The notes under the pieces were generated by a model. It was not told the origin of the DNA. It did not search any database and saw only the letters and a list, made by a program, of their open reading frames with translations. A stretch of 62,802 bases of DNA, counting the filler, from Rhabdomonas costata (taxonomy: Eukaryota): assembly GCA_019059605.1 (NCBI GenBank). It is 27 parts of 27 records of this genome, joined end to end, with 100 filler letters (N's around TTAATTAATTAA, not from the genome) between each part and the next. Parts side by side here need not be neighbours in the genome. Positions count along the whole stretch, not along the records: positions 9,322 to 11,549 come from JAHMHO010004685.1; positions 11,650 to 13,880 come from JAHMHO010004686.1; positions 13,981 to 16,208 come from JAHMHO010004687.1; positions 16,309 to 18,539 come from JAHMHO010004688.1; positions 18,640 to 20,868 come from JAHMHO010004689.1; positions 20,969 to 23,232 come from JAHMHO010004690.1; 21 more parts are not named here. One strand, written 5' to 3'. The translations under genes were made by a program, and so were the position numbers. Numbering within the stretch: the first letter of the stretch is position 1; each line of letters opens with the position of its first letter. Positions 11,123-23,332 of the stretch are shown here, one piece after another.

Positions 11123-11281
11123 CTTTCCGGTGTGATGCCCTGCTTCATGAGATGAAACCGCTGCAGTGGGCCGAGTAGAAGCGGCGACGGCAAGGCGTTG
11201 TAGCAAGCCCAGAAATCCTGAATCGTATCAAAGTCTTCCAGGCGGACCAAGCCCTTGCCAATGGCACCGTTTTCCTCGGAA
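11123..11281 (-). CDS. eIF4E: eIF4E-family protein, internal exon
   Basis: AG/GT-bounded exon reading GLVRLEDFDTIQDFWACYNALPSPLLLGPLQRFHLMKQGITPE. This aligns with the eIF4E signature FDTVEDFWxxYNxI...Y.LFKxGIxP. Confidence 0.85.
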
Positions 11282-13986
11282 CTGAAAAACAGAGGGAACT
11301 AATGCCCGCTCTCGATCCATCACGTTACAGTGTGGTAGCACTCGCATGAATCCCAAATGGTGACACCACGGCAAAGGTGGTTTGATGATGGCAAATGTTG
11401 TTGAAATTTTTCAGAGCACCCTGAGTTCACAGCAATGCGATAGTCCCACCCAATTACGCCAAAGTGCGCAACGGGAATAACGGGAACGAGTGAAAAAGTT
11501 TGGTGAAGAAAAGAAGCGCCCTTGACGCCAACTGTTTTCAGCAAACACANNNNNNNNNNNNNNNNNNNNNNNNNNNNNNNNNNNNNNNNNNNNTTAATTA
11601 ATTAANNNNNNNNNNNNNNNNNNNNNNNNNNNNNNNNNNNNNNNNNNNNTTTTGGTGGGCCCAATGGAACATACTGTCATCACAGTTTCGGGCAACACTG
11701 ACTAAAAAAGGGCATGGAGGTGAGACTTAGGAGAGGGCAAAAACGCACGCAAAATGGGCTAAAAAGTGAACCAAGGATGGGCATAAGTGGATACCCCTGA
11801 GCAAAATCTGAAGCCTTTTTGTCGCTGCCAGTAAAGTTTTTTGGGAAACGTTTCCGGGTGAAATAATACTTTGACTTACTGCCCTCCCAGCGCAACACCT
11901 AGGATCAGCCGTTGTCCCAGTGCGCGTGCGCATCGTCTCCGTACGCATGTCCCTCCGGATTTTGGTGTTGGCAGGCCTTCCCCCCCCTCTCCCTGAGCCC
12001 GGATTTTGTGGGTGGTCGATCAAAAGCCTACTCACTTGGTGACTATTCACAGAAATCGATTATTTTTTTTCTCTTCGCTAACCCATCATTGGGGTGGCGT
12101 CCCTCCGGGTGGGTTTTTGTTTCTTTTTCCAAAGCAGTGAATATTTCTTGAAATTCTTTGAGCTTTGGAAAGAAGTGGTTCTGATGAACGGGAGTTAATC
12201 CCCCCCCCCTCCTTGCCCTGCTCATCCTCCCTGAGATGTACATGTCAAATCTAAGCGAATAGAAACATTCTGTTTACCGAAGCGCCTAGGAAGAATGGGA
12301 AGAAAGAGATAGATAGAAGGACGAGGGAGAGATGGCTGTGGCGAAGAAGAAGAAAGCGAGACCAGGGGATGAAACGACGAGATATTTATCCCATGTTAGC
12401 AAGTCAGCAGTCCGCGTGGGGGAACAGGGATTTGGATGGGAGGGGAAAGACCTCAAACGTCTTTGCACCGCTGGGTTCTTTGGAGTGATTTCAGGTGGTG
12501 GGAGTAGAAGCTGGAGAAATTTTCGGAGCAAGCCGTGCATCAGCCGTCCGCGAAAACCCTGCAAAAGGCACGCAATGCACCGCTTCGAAAATGGAGGTCA
12601 TGCGATTCACTACTTTGACCACAGAGCCGGGCAAGAACACACCCCAGGAGCTTGGCGCTAGGTGCCAATTTGGCGCAGGTCGGTTCAAAGCGGCAGTGGC
12701 GAACCTACTTCGTCAGCTGCACATTGATAGGGAGTGACATAGAACATGTCATTTTGTTTCCTCGGCAAAGCGCTGTCTGGCGATGATGCGCGCAGATGGA
12801 AAATCCCCCCGCATTTGGTTTTTTGAGTTGGGGTAAGAGTGTGGGAGCGCCGCTCTTGGCCGCTGGGTCTCCCTTCGTGGGTTGCGGGGTGTTTGTTTTT
12901 CGGCAACCACTGCACTTGCCAGTGGCCGGGTGTGTTTTTCGGGTGGCTTTTTGTTTTGTTTTTTTATTTTTGTGTTTGACATGTATGCATTGTTGTGTGG
13001 TGAAGCGGAGCGCACAACAGGACAGGGCCCAGTGCGAGCACCCAAGTAGTATGCTAGGGACATCTTTTCATCCATCTTTTAGGCCCTCACTTATTGCCTT
13101 TCTTCTTTCAGTCCCAAATCCACAGCAGAACGGCGGCCCTGCTGCAGTGTTTCGCCAGCCCTAACTGTGACTTAGCCTCTTGGAAACCTTTGCGCTTCAA
13201 CCAAACAACCAAGCAGTGATGACAAACCGAAGGCTGGATTGTGGGTTGGAGACGGAGTGTAGCCACTGCTGCAGCAGAAGCTGCGGCTCCCATGTCGGCT
13301 TCCTGCAGGCCGAAGGGGCGGGCAACGAAGCAGAAAAATGAGAAAGAAAGCCCAAATCAAAACCCAAACAGCAGCCAAAGCTTGACAGACTCAGACACCT
13401 GAATTGGCCACCGGTCCTTGCCAGGGAGAACGCACCAAAAGCATCAAAAGGGAAACGGGGAAAAGCCAAGACAACCCAATTTGGTGGATCAAGGGACAAT
13501 GCGGAGTCCGAGCACGGGGTTTTAGTGTGCCTGCGCCCCTAGCTGGTGATATTCCTTTTGAAAGGGGGTCAGATATACTCAATTGCCTGTTTTGGACCGT
13601 TTATCAGCGTTCAACGTCTCACCCCCTAATGCAAAAGTCTCACCTGCTCCGTTGCAGCATGAGGCCAACAGTGAGATTATCTCAGCTCGAGGCTGAAGCC
13701 CACTGTTAAATCGAGAGACAGAATCACTAAAGTGAAGGTCTGGGAAACAAAAGTTGAAGGAAAAGTTCGTCAATTTCCGCGGCGGTTGGGGGGGGTGCGT
13801 TGCTGCGAGTGTATACCCCTGTACATCAAGCATCAAACAGCAAGGATAGAATGGTCACAACTCCCTCATCCCAACCACAANNNNNNNNNNNNNNNNNNNN
13901 NNNNNNNNNNNNNNNNNNNNNNNNTTAATTAATTAANNNNNNNNNNNNNNNNNNNNNNNNNNNNNNNNNNNNNNNNNNNNTTTTGT

Positions 13987-14232
13987 GTGGGAATATATAA
14001 GGTTGCTACACGGCTGGTCAACAATAACGACATCGTCACTGCCCTCCCTCCCATGGCAGCGGGGTACGTGCACATCGGCACTGGGGTCTGGGAGAAGCCC
14101 AAGGCCGGACAGCCCGACACCTACTCCATCTGTAACGACGGCAGTGGGCAGGAAGACTTTCTTTGCAACCTTCGCATTGCAGACAGCATCACAGACCACA
14201 TCCACTACATGGGTGTCGAAGTGAAGTGCTGA
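13987..14232 (+). CDS. Class 3 lipase, C-terminal part
   Basis: RLVNNNDIVTALPP..GYVHIGTGVW...C...GQEDFLC...SITDHIHYMG* contains the catalytic Asp (DIV..LPP) and His (DH..Y.G) motifs of Lipase_3. Confidence 0.85.
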   Translation: MGIYKVATRLVNNNDIVTALPPMAAGYVHIGTGVWEKPKAGQPDTYSICNDGSGQEDFLCNLRIADSITDHIHYMGVEVKC

Positions 14233-17139
14233 GAACCCAGAGAGAATGAAAGCATTGGGCAATGAGCAATGAGGGGCGGGTGTTCCTCGATTTCTGTTTG
14301 TGATTTCTGTGTGCCTCCGTCTAGAAGGCGAATGGCTGGGATTCCTTGAGGTTGCCGGATGTGAGCTTCGTTTTTCGAGAAGCTCCATCTGTTATGGTCT
14401 GTTTGGCATCCTTTCTTTCACTTCCCCCTTCCCATTCTGGGATTGTTCTCCATCAGCTCAACAAAACGGCGCCTTCTCCCTATCCCGATCACCCTTCGCA
14501 CCGCTGCCTCTCCCTCTCCCCCATCCTCTGGAGCGCTTTGCGCTCCGCATCGCATCTGACTCGGTGAGGTCCATCTAACATCGAAGGACGTGCGTCTCCT
14601 GCATGACGAGCGATGCGTGTTCAGCTTGAGTGATGATGAGGGGACAGAGCCCGCCACGTGCTCATTTTTCCGAGCCCGCCGCGGACTCTCGCAAGTGCGT
14701 AGGGTGTGCGTGTGCCTGTTTTGGCTTATGTGTCTGTGTGTTTGGCGTGCCGTGGAACAGGAGTGTGGGTGGGTATGAGACACCTCCCCCCGCACTGCTT
14801 GCGTGCAGTTCTGGTCATTTTACCGGCCAGACCTACATCCTTTTTCCTACGTGTGTGATCACACACCGTGTGTTTAATCCTCTCTCTCTCTGGACCTGGG
14901 CGGCAGTTTGATCACAACCCCCCTCCCCCTGCAAAGCGCAAAGGAAGCAAAGTTGGTTTTTCGAGGTCCTATTTTAGTGGCGATTCCGCCTGCACTGCTG
15001 CACAGCTACCGTTTCAGAGCAGAATACTCCGTCCCACAGCTGCATTGCGCCCCGCGACCAAGCCAAGCTGTCTCACCAATTCGAGCCCTGAGACATGCAT
15101 CGCCACCAAGTTTCAAATAATTCTCCTGCAGAATTCATTAAGACAGTTGAGTTGTCTCCTGGAAGCAAGAACGACGTTACGAGGATGACAACACAGAGAC
15201 GAGATGCCCGGCACCACATCTGGCTTCGCAAACAACAACTTTGCTTCGCGAACGCAGCGTGGTTTACGTATGAATCAAATGCCGTAAGTTTCAGCTCCCA
15301 TTCCTGACTCCATTCTTGACTGTTTTGCATTCCTGTGCTTCCAGCACATGAATTCTCATCCTTTCAGCACAAAAAAGCCACAAATTTGTGTGCGGTTTGT
15401 CCATCACCACGTTTCTGTGCGAACGTTCGAATGCAACTGCCCATTATGTTATGTTTGTGTGAGAGCAACCTTTTATCTTGGGGAAAGGGAGATGCCATTT
15501 GAGTAGAGGAATCCTAGTTCTTGCTTCCGCATGGAAGTATCGGCCCAGGTGTGAATGCTAAAACATTTGAGTTTTACGGTGTTCTCTCTGCTGAAGTTGC
15601 GTTTTCCGGTGGAGCGAGACGATAAAGGAACTGTCCACTCACATTTTTCAAAACCCGCTGCTTCAGATGAACCCGAGAGGGTAGGGAGCCAAAAACAAAC
15701 CTAATTATCGGTGGATCGGTGGCAATGGTTCTCATGGTTGTTGAGAGAACTGCTGAAGTGGATTGGTGTGACAAAGTTTTTTGTAAGAAGCGGTTCAGCT
15801 TTGCCTTGCAAACCCGCGCTAGCGCGGTTAACTTGCATCTGTTCTTTCGGTTTTCATTGGGCTGAGGAGACGTGTAGGGGGGGAAGTACGTATTTTCATT
15901 TTTATCGCGCCCTACAGGATGTACCCAGTGATTGCCCCAAACTCTTTTTGTCACCTCCCGTGCCTCTCTTTTTCTTCCCTTGTGCTGCCTCTGCTCTAAG
16001 TAGCGTTGATATTCCCACCCAAGGTCGCCACTTCATCCCTCACCCTTCTCCTAACTGGTTCCCCAACCGTCGTTTCCAACCCTGCTCCCTCACGTTCCCA
16101 AAATACCCAAAAGAAAATCCCCCAAAATACCACCACACCATCACAACCAGTCCTTGTGTAGGTGCTGCGCTGGCGCAGCCTAATCCTTGAGTGCTGCGCG
16201 GGTGTGCCNNNNNNNNNNNNNNNNNNNNNNNNNNNNNNNNNNNNNNNNNNNNTTAATTAATTAANNNNNNNNNNNNNNNNNNNNNNNNNNNNNNNNNNNN
16301 NNNNNNNNGGGGTGGGGGGGGCGATACTGCTTTGACTGACTTGTGGTGACACGAGCATTGTACCGAACTGGTTCCAGTTGACACAAAAATAGCTTTTTTA
16401 TGAGTTGCAGAGGCTTCATCAAGTACGGCAAAGCTGTTGTATAATGGAAGGGCATGTGCCTGGGGCTTCAAATTTGCCTCTGTTCTGCAGGTAAAAAAGA
16501 GGTTTCGCTTGTCATAAGAGGTTTCGCTTATCTTTTTATATCTTCTACTTTCTTTCCTTCTTACTCTTTTACCAATGACTTTTTTACGCCCACGGGGCTC
16601 CATCTAAATCCGCCCTGAGCTTGCTGACCAGATGGGCCCCCAAACGGACAGTCCATATAGCTTTTTGTGCAGCACATCCAGAATCCGTACCCAGAATCCT
16701 GAACTTGGATACGGTGTTTCACAGATAGGGGGCAGACTGCAACAAAATGCGTTTGAGTGTAAGAAGATCAGTATATATAGCATTACTTCGGCAGTGTACT
16801 CCCATGACATACGCACCTAGAAGACACGTGCGTCGCTACCTAACCCCGTGCGAGAAATCTATCTTGTCCTAGGGGATTGAGGGTTTTTGTTCATTATCAG
16901 CAATTTCCAGGACATTGTAAAGCGACAACATTGAAATAAGAAACACAAAATAGCAATGGGAGTACACTGCCGAAGTACAGCCGAAGATCATTACATAAAA
17001 ATTCCCCCGCTTTTGGTTTTTCGGATCGCCCATCCAATTGGTGGCCTCAGGGGGGCTGAGCACGGCGAGGGGGAGGGGCGCCCCCAAACCGATTATTTGA
17101 GAAGTGCATCTTTCAAAAATATGAAAATTTTTCCGCGAC

Positions 17140-17330
17140 GTTTAAGGGGCCCAACAAGCACACACACACACACACACACAAAGGGCCTTGGCGAGGTGGC
17201 TGGGGCTCGTTCTGCACTCCTGTTGGTTTTTTGGGGCGTACACGGTGCTGCTGTTCGTGCTGGACGACACGACGGGCAGTAGGGTGAGGGTGTGCGCCGC
17301 GCCCATTCAAACACACACGCATGCGTACAC
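17140..17330 (+). repeat. Dispersed repeat, segment B
   Basis: Clearly homologous to 39628-39805 (-): GCCTTGGCG.GGTG...GTTCTGCAC..CTGTTGGTT.TTTGG.GCGT.CACGGTGCTGCTGTT..GTGCTGGAC.ACACGACGG...GGGTGAGGGTGTGCGCCG.GCCCAT, flanked by CA runs. Confidence 0.85.
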
Positions 17331-17352
17331 ACCAAGAATGTGTAGCAGACCC

Positions 17353-17575
17353 AGGGTGCGCAGCCTGGAGGCAGGGAACACTCCCGCGGGTTTCCCCGAG
17401 GGGCTGCCCATCGTCAGCAGGCCCTGCATGCTCTGCCGCTCAGCGTCTCGCTCGACATCCAGGGTGACCACCATTCGAGTAGCCCGCTCCAGCAGGTCCA
17501 GCTCCTCCTCCGCCGCTGCTCGGGGGTACACTGGGGGTTCCTCCGCAGACCCCCCCGCAGCGAATACTCCTGAAC
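17353..17575 (-). CDS. Hypothetical protein exon
   Basis: GC-rich open frame (AAAEEELDLLERATRMVVTLDVERDAERQSMQG) between TTCGCAG and a GT. Boundaries approximate. Confidence 0.45.
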
Positions 17576-20438
17576 CTGCGAAGGCGGTCAAGGCAAAGGT
17601 TTTATCGGGCCCAAGCTTTACTTTCTGAGCCACATTAAATAGTTTTCACGCCTGTGTTGTGTCTCTGTGTATGTTGCCCTCAGTGACGAGTGACGGCCTC
17701 GAGACTCGGCTGCTCTTTGCTTGCTTCGCGGTAGCCCACCGAGCCATTGTGCGGCTCCCCGTTTATGCGGGCAAGCCATTTTGCCGCCGTCAATATTCTT
17801 AGGCAAACCCTTTCCCAGACTAGTTTGGGTACACCTCCTTTTTCCTTCAACAAATGCACAGGCGAACCGTTAAAATTGAAGTAGATCAGCACAAGATGGA
17901 ACGATAGCTAGGGGAGCTGCAATTTCACCCTAACGTAGCTTTTCTTCATTCAATCAATGCATAGGAAATCCACATACCTCACATACCTGAGGCATTTGTA
18001 GTTCAACGTTTCGTCGACCTATGAGCACGACCCTAACTCCTTATTGATTCGGGGCTGCCTGTTTTGTGCTCGCAGTCCTGGCGGGGGTGGCTCTCAATTT
18101 GTTCCCTTCCATCCATTTTCAGGTCTTACTCTGAGCTTGCTCCCAGATGATCTACCCTTGTATCACATTGCTGTGCGGTTACCGCACTTGAACGTCACCT
18201 CCTCCTTCGCAATGGCGTGGGGGTTCATCAGCCTGAGCTATTTTCTCTTCGACTGGTGAGCAGCCAACACAACTTCGATGGGCATTCCTGGGCTGCGGAG
18301 CAAAGAGAGAGAAGATCCCAGAAGGGCCACCGAAACCGTGATGGGAAGTCGTGAGAGGGGGGAGGGATACCTTGGGTCCTGACCACAGGAAGACAGCATC
18401 CACCAAAGCAGAGCCTCAGCAGGCGTGCGCCCACCCGGAGATACCCTCCAGGCCGCAGGAAGGCTGCCGTTCGTGAGGCACCGGTTGCCCCTCCAGTAAT
18501 ACCGCTACCGCCCGTGCACACCCAACACAACCACAACAANNNNNNNNNNNNNNNNNNNNNNNNNNNNNNNNNNNNNNNNNNNNTTAATTAATTAANNNNN
18601 NNNNNNNNNNNNNNNNNNNNNNNNNNNNNNNNNNNNNNNTTGTGGGGTTAAGCACCAAAGGACACGGCTAGGTGCGGTCAGGGAACATCAGTGAGAGTCA
18701 AGAGAGCCTGCAGAGGGGGTGTGGTGTGATGCGCTTGCGTCTCACCTTCCCTTCAGGAAGACAACCGTATTATCGCCACCCATGAAGCCATGAACCCATG
18801 AAGTCGGATTTTTTGCGTCCGGCATTCTCCAATGTGACTTGTCATGTTTCCCAGATCAGCCTGGTTCCGATATTGGCCAGTTGAATTGGACTCAGGTTCG
18901 GACCATCGGGGTGATCGCACTCGCCCCTGCATTAAGAGCAAGGCCGGGAATCTGGAGCGCTCTTTGGCCACGAAGCGGCACCTTTATAACCCCGGACATT
19001 GGATTCTGTGCTGTCTTGTGCACCAACTATCGGCCACCAGTCGTGGACGACCCTTTAGAACACCGTGACCAATGATAATGTGACCAATGACGCTGACTTC
19101 GACAGGGATTTGCAATATCTCCGATCCAAAACCACCTCTTTTTGCGCCCCCCCCCCCACCGACGTGCGCACAAAAAAGAGACACATATTCGGGGAGCACA
19201 AGGGCAAATGTGGCACCGCCATTCTCGCCATTTTCACAGGGCGAAAAGGCAAGGAGCAGAAAACGATTTCGTCCGAGACCATTTTATGGAAGGATCGTAG
19301 AGTCGGAGGAATCTGATCGAAAGAAAGATCTCCGAAGCATCTTGGTTTTATCGCCATGGCACACCACAAAGCAGGGCACGCGACTCCAGTCGAATTCGAT
19401 CGGTGTATGCGTGGTAGGGGATTAGCTCGCTAGCGGGGAAGAGTCTCCGTCATTTAATGCTCGTCAATAAAATTACAGCTCTATCCTACCTGTTTACCAA
19501 AAAGGCTCTGGACTCTTTCTTCAAGAGCGCCGTATTCCAGGGTCGTCCTTCCTGCAGCTGCGAGAGGGGGGGGGGCAACGTCCAAACACCAACACGGAAC
19601 TTCCAACAACTAGTGCCTGCCCACCACACACATGTCACAAGTACAGTGAACATATGCCGTGGGGGTCCACATCGGAGGGCTATCTCCACAACCATCAGTG
19701 AAACAAACACCGCAGAATCTGTCAGGGTGTGGGTGTCCATGGTTGCTTTGAGGGTGGGTGAGAACATCAGTGAGAGGCATGAGTGGTGGAGAAAAGACGT
19801 CTCGCGTGCAACCAAAAGGGAAGCAAAAGGTGCACCGCCGTGTATTGTGCAAGCGCACAGGACGTTCACGTTCAAGAAAAAGGAAACCGCACAGTCGCTG
19901 GCAGACCAATGTCAGGACATATCCCCCCGCTCCCCCGCACATCTACATCCCAGCACAAAAAGCGCTGAAGTACCGGACTATCGCCCCCCCTCCCCTCTAC
20001 AACGAATGTGGTGGTTGCATGTGAAGGTGTGACTTCGGGCGCTGCAAAGTGGGGTGGTATCACTTGATCGCCCACCTCCATTTCAAAGAGTATACAATGC
20101 ACACAAATGTGCACACGCAGGACAAGAGGCGACACCCAGTACTTGCGCAAGGCAAAGCTCGACACACTGCATCACCTGACAAGGAAAACACGAGACACAA
20201 AAGATGTCTGAGGTGAGGGTGGGATGGACAAAACCCACACATGGCAGAAAGCCAAGGAGAAGCCATATGGGTAAGCCCTGTACCGAAACTTCGGTGGTGG
20301 TTGCAACTGCAACTTCTCTAACGCTTTTTGAGGTAGTCTGGAATGGGCGGAGATATCTCGCCCAGACCAAGGACAAAATCGAGAAATCACCAACTTTCAG
20401 GTCGCTTCTTCTCTCACTTTCACTTCGTTCGCGCCACC

Positions 20439-20868
20439 TCACTTGTGCTCAAGGCGGATCACGCCGTCCCAGGGCTCATCCCGCAGCTCCCGCTCCCTGC
20501 CGCGGCACAGCCGCAGCAGAAGCCTCGTGGGACCATCCCCGGGGCACAGCGCAGCGGCCGCACCAAACACCTCCTCGGCCTTCGCTAGGGCCCCGCCAAC
20601 GTACAGCCGCATCCCCTGCAAAAAAAAAAGCCGCATCTCATTCCAAAAAAGAAAACACTCCCACCCACCCAAAATCCCAAGAAGGGGTCATACCCCTTCT
20701 GCATTCACGTGAAAAAAGCAAAAACAGCAGCAGCAAGGAAGGCAGGGCAACCGAGGCAACACCAGCAGCACCTCAGGACTTCACCTTCCGCCAGACACAC
20801 ACTACACGAACCAGAAAACAATACCCGCTCGTAGTGTTCTGTCAGCTCATTCAGCGTGTTCATGGAGA
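20439..20868 (-). CDS. Class III adenylate/guanylate cyclase, C-terminal TPR-like tail (last two exons)
   Basis: Exons 20825-20868 and 20439-20615 join in phase 0: HYER|GMRLYVGG...AEEVF....LCPGDGPTRLLLRLC...PWDGVIRLEHK*. The P.DGP...WDGV..L..K end is typical of these cyclase tails. The catalytic domain is not in the contig. Confidence 0.7.
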
Positions 20869-21079
20869 NNNNNNNNNNNNNNNNNNNNNNNNNNNNNNNN
20901 NNNNNNNNNNNNTTAATTAATTAANNNNNNNNNNNNNNNNNNNNNNNNNNNNNNNNNNNNNNNNNNNNGTGTTGGGTGTGTGTGGGGTGTTGTGGACATC
21001 CACTGTTCCAGTGAGCTTTTACAGTTGATTCGGAATAAGGTCCAACGGGACGCGCACGTGGATTCGGGGTCTCGTGAAG

Positions 21080-21082
<3 letters not shown>

Positions 21083-21118
<36 letters not shown>
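21083..21118. repeat. (GT)n microsatellite
   Basis: Seen directly. Confidence 0.95.
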
Positions 21119-21121
<3 letters not shown>

Positions 21122-22167
21122 AATTCGAAGTTTTCTGCCGTCGAACGGGTGATTGGTGACAAAAATGCCTCCTCGCTGCTGTACAATGTACATACATCCT
21201 GGCAGGTATACGGCTCAGTCATCCGGGCTCCACCTCTGGCTACACGGGCAAGAGTACGGGGAAGAGAGGAGCAAAGCCAACAGAACGAAGGACGGGGGGA
21301 GAGACGACAGTGCAAGGTGCGCAGCCGAGGTTAGGGTATTGCAGTTCTTCTTTCGGTGGCCGAGGAAAGCGAGGCAAAAACACATGCGCCACGGTCCTCC
21401 GACGTTCCGAACGAAGGAGGGAGAAGCGCTATTCACTCCTCACCTCAGCACCGCGTTCCGTTCGCTCCTGACGTGGAAAAAAGAAATGCCTCTGCTTATT
21501 TCTACTTTTAATCCGAGTAGTATTCTAGGTCAAATTTAGCACCTTAAAAACTGTTCGGGTCAGGGCACAAAACGGGGTGTGTTTTTTTCACTTGGAGACA
21601 GACTAATCTTGCGTTCAGACACGGCCACTGTGTTATATTGCCTAATTTCGCTTTTCAGAAACTTTCCGAACTTGGAGGATATTTTCAAGGAAGCGAAGGA
21701 CGGGTTTTTCGCAATGCCCCTGACTTTATCCTTTGACTTATGGACAGTTGTGATGGTGTTTGTTGACACAGATTTCATGTTCATGAGGGTCTTTCACACT
21801 ATAACCTTCTCTTCCACATTGTCATGATGCCTGTTCATGACCACAAAACCCCAGCCCAAGCCCACCAGAAGGGGCAGCGGCTGCTGGTTCAACCAGCTTC
21901 TCGAGTTGCAGCCTTGACTGTGACAGAGGGTGATGAAAGGTGTACAGCCGCTTGCTGGGGTTGGATGATCCATTTGCGGCAACTGTTCATGTGCCTTAAA
22001 ATCTTTGAACCTTGCTGTGGTGGGCGAGTCGTTTCGCTTTCCGTGGTTTCTTTGTGGTTTTCAAAAGGGGGTGAAACATTTGACGTGACGGTGTGAGACA
22101 ATATTTAAGAAACGAAACCCATGAATTTTGTGGAAAAACTAAAAATACAGATTGGTTGGGTGCATAC

Positions 22168-22312
22168 GAATGGGCTTCTCGAATTCATCGCCAATTGTCG
22201 TGTAGCTCGGGACGCTAAACAAGCCCGCAAAAATAGAATTGCTGTTTAGCGCCCTTGATTTTTCTTCCTTCATCCTTTCGGCAACCCTCTGGTGAGCTTG
22301 GGTGGAAGCCAT
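22168..22312 (-). CDS. CFAP96: CFAP96/C4orf47 (DUF4586)-like N-terminal exon
   Basis: MASTQ...AGLFSVPSYTTIGDEF ends at a GTATGC donor. GLFS...Y.T(I/V)GD is the N-terminal motif I recall for this flagellar family. Downstream exons were not identified. Confidence 0.5.
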
Positions 22313-23332
22313 GTCTGACTGACAACAAATGCGCACTAAACAATATCCTAAACACACTTTTGGTTGAGGCGGACACTTGCCAATCTGCTGAGTTGAGAAT
22401 CGGCTGTTTTATTTCTATTCACTTTTTTGGTATTTTATCTTGGGATTTGGCACTGCGTTGTTTCATTTGTGTAGCGCACGATGGAAAAGCCCCACCGCAA
22501 TCTGGAAACACAGTAACTTCACATAAAAAGTTAGTGCCGCCAATATGGAAGCCCAGCAGAGAAACGCGCATTAATTTCGAAGCACCCTCAACAAAATGCG
22601 CAACTTTCCCGATTAGAGTTACCTGAGTCGAAAAACCGCTTGCAGAGATGGGGAGCCGAAAAAGACTCTCAAGGGAACCGAGCAGGTTGGGGTTAACGGG
22701 AGGCGAGAGCTCCCTCCAGGATACAGCAGCGAGCATCTGGTGACGTTTTGTGAAGGACTGAAGGACCAGGATGGAAGGACCCCATTGTCCTCTGGCATCT
22801 CGTTGATGAATTTCCTTTTCAACAAGGTTGTAACGTCATGTCCGGGAGTATAAACCAGGATGTCACAGCGATCATGACCAAATTGACCTGTTTTTTGGTG
22901 TTGACCTTAAATACTGTTGCCGAGGTGTTCTGTTCAATTTTCTCTTCTAAATTCTCATTGATGGTTGGTGCTGAATTGCCTGCGATTGCGGAGTCGCGAA
23001 ATACAAGAAGGTGACGGGAGAAAGACTGCAAGGGAGTGCCAGGGACTGCAAGGGGGGTTAAAAGGTGGCAAAAGCATCTCATCGGTAGCCCGATGTTTGC
23101 GCGCGTTCTTTAGAATGCATTTCCCTCCTTTTTACGACTTTTATGAATTATGGCTACCATCAAGTCGCCGCTTGAGGACGAGCTCGAACTTTTGACCCAG
23201 GAATTTGAAGCATTGAAAAAAGACAACACAACNNNNNNNNNNNNNNNNNNNNNNNNNNNNNNNNNNNNNNNNNNNNTTAATTAATTAANNNNNNNNNNNN
23301 NNNNNNNNNNNNNNNNNNNNNNNNNNNNNNNN

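Noticed and set aside
17619..17650. ACTTTCTGAG resembling the start of the Euglena spliced leader
   Set aside because: Only 10 nt match; there is no downstream SL exon or donor.
18181..18292. Apparent in-frame TAG suggesting stop-codon reassignment
   Set aside because: Another frame of the same exon is open, and the recognisable genes end in normal TAG or TGA with no internal stops.
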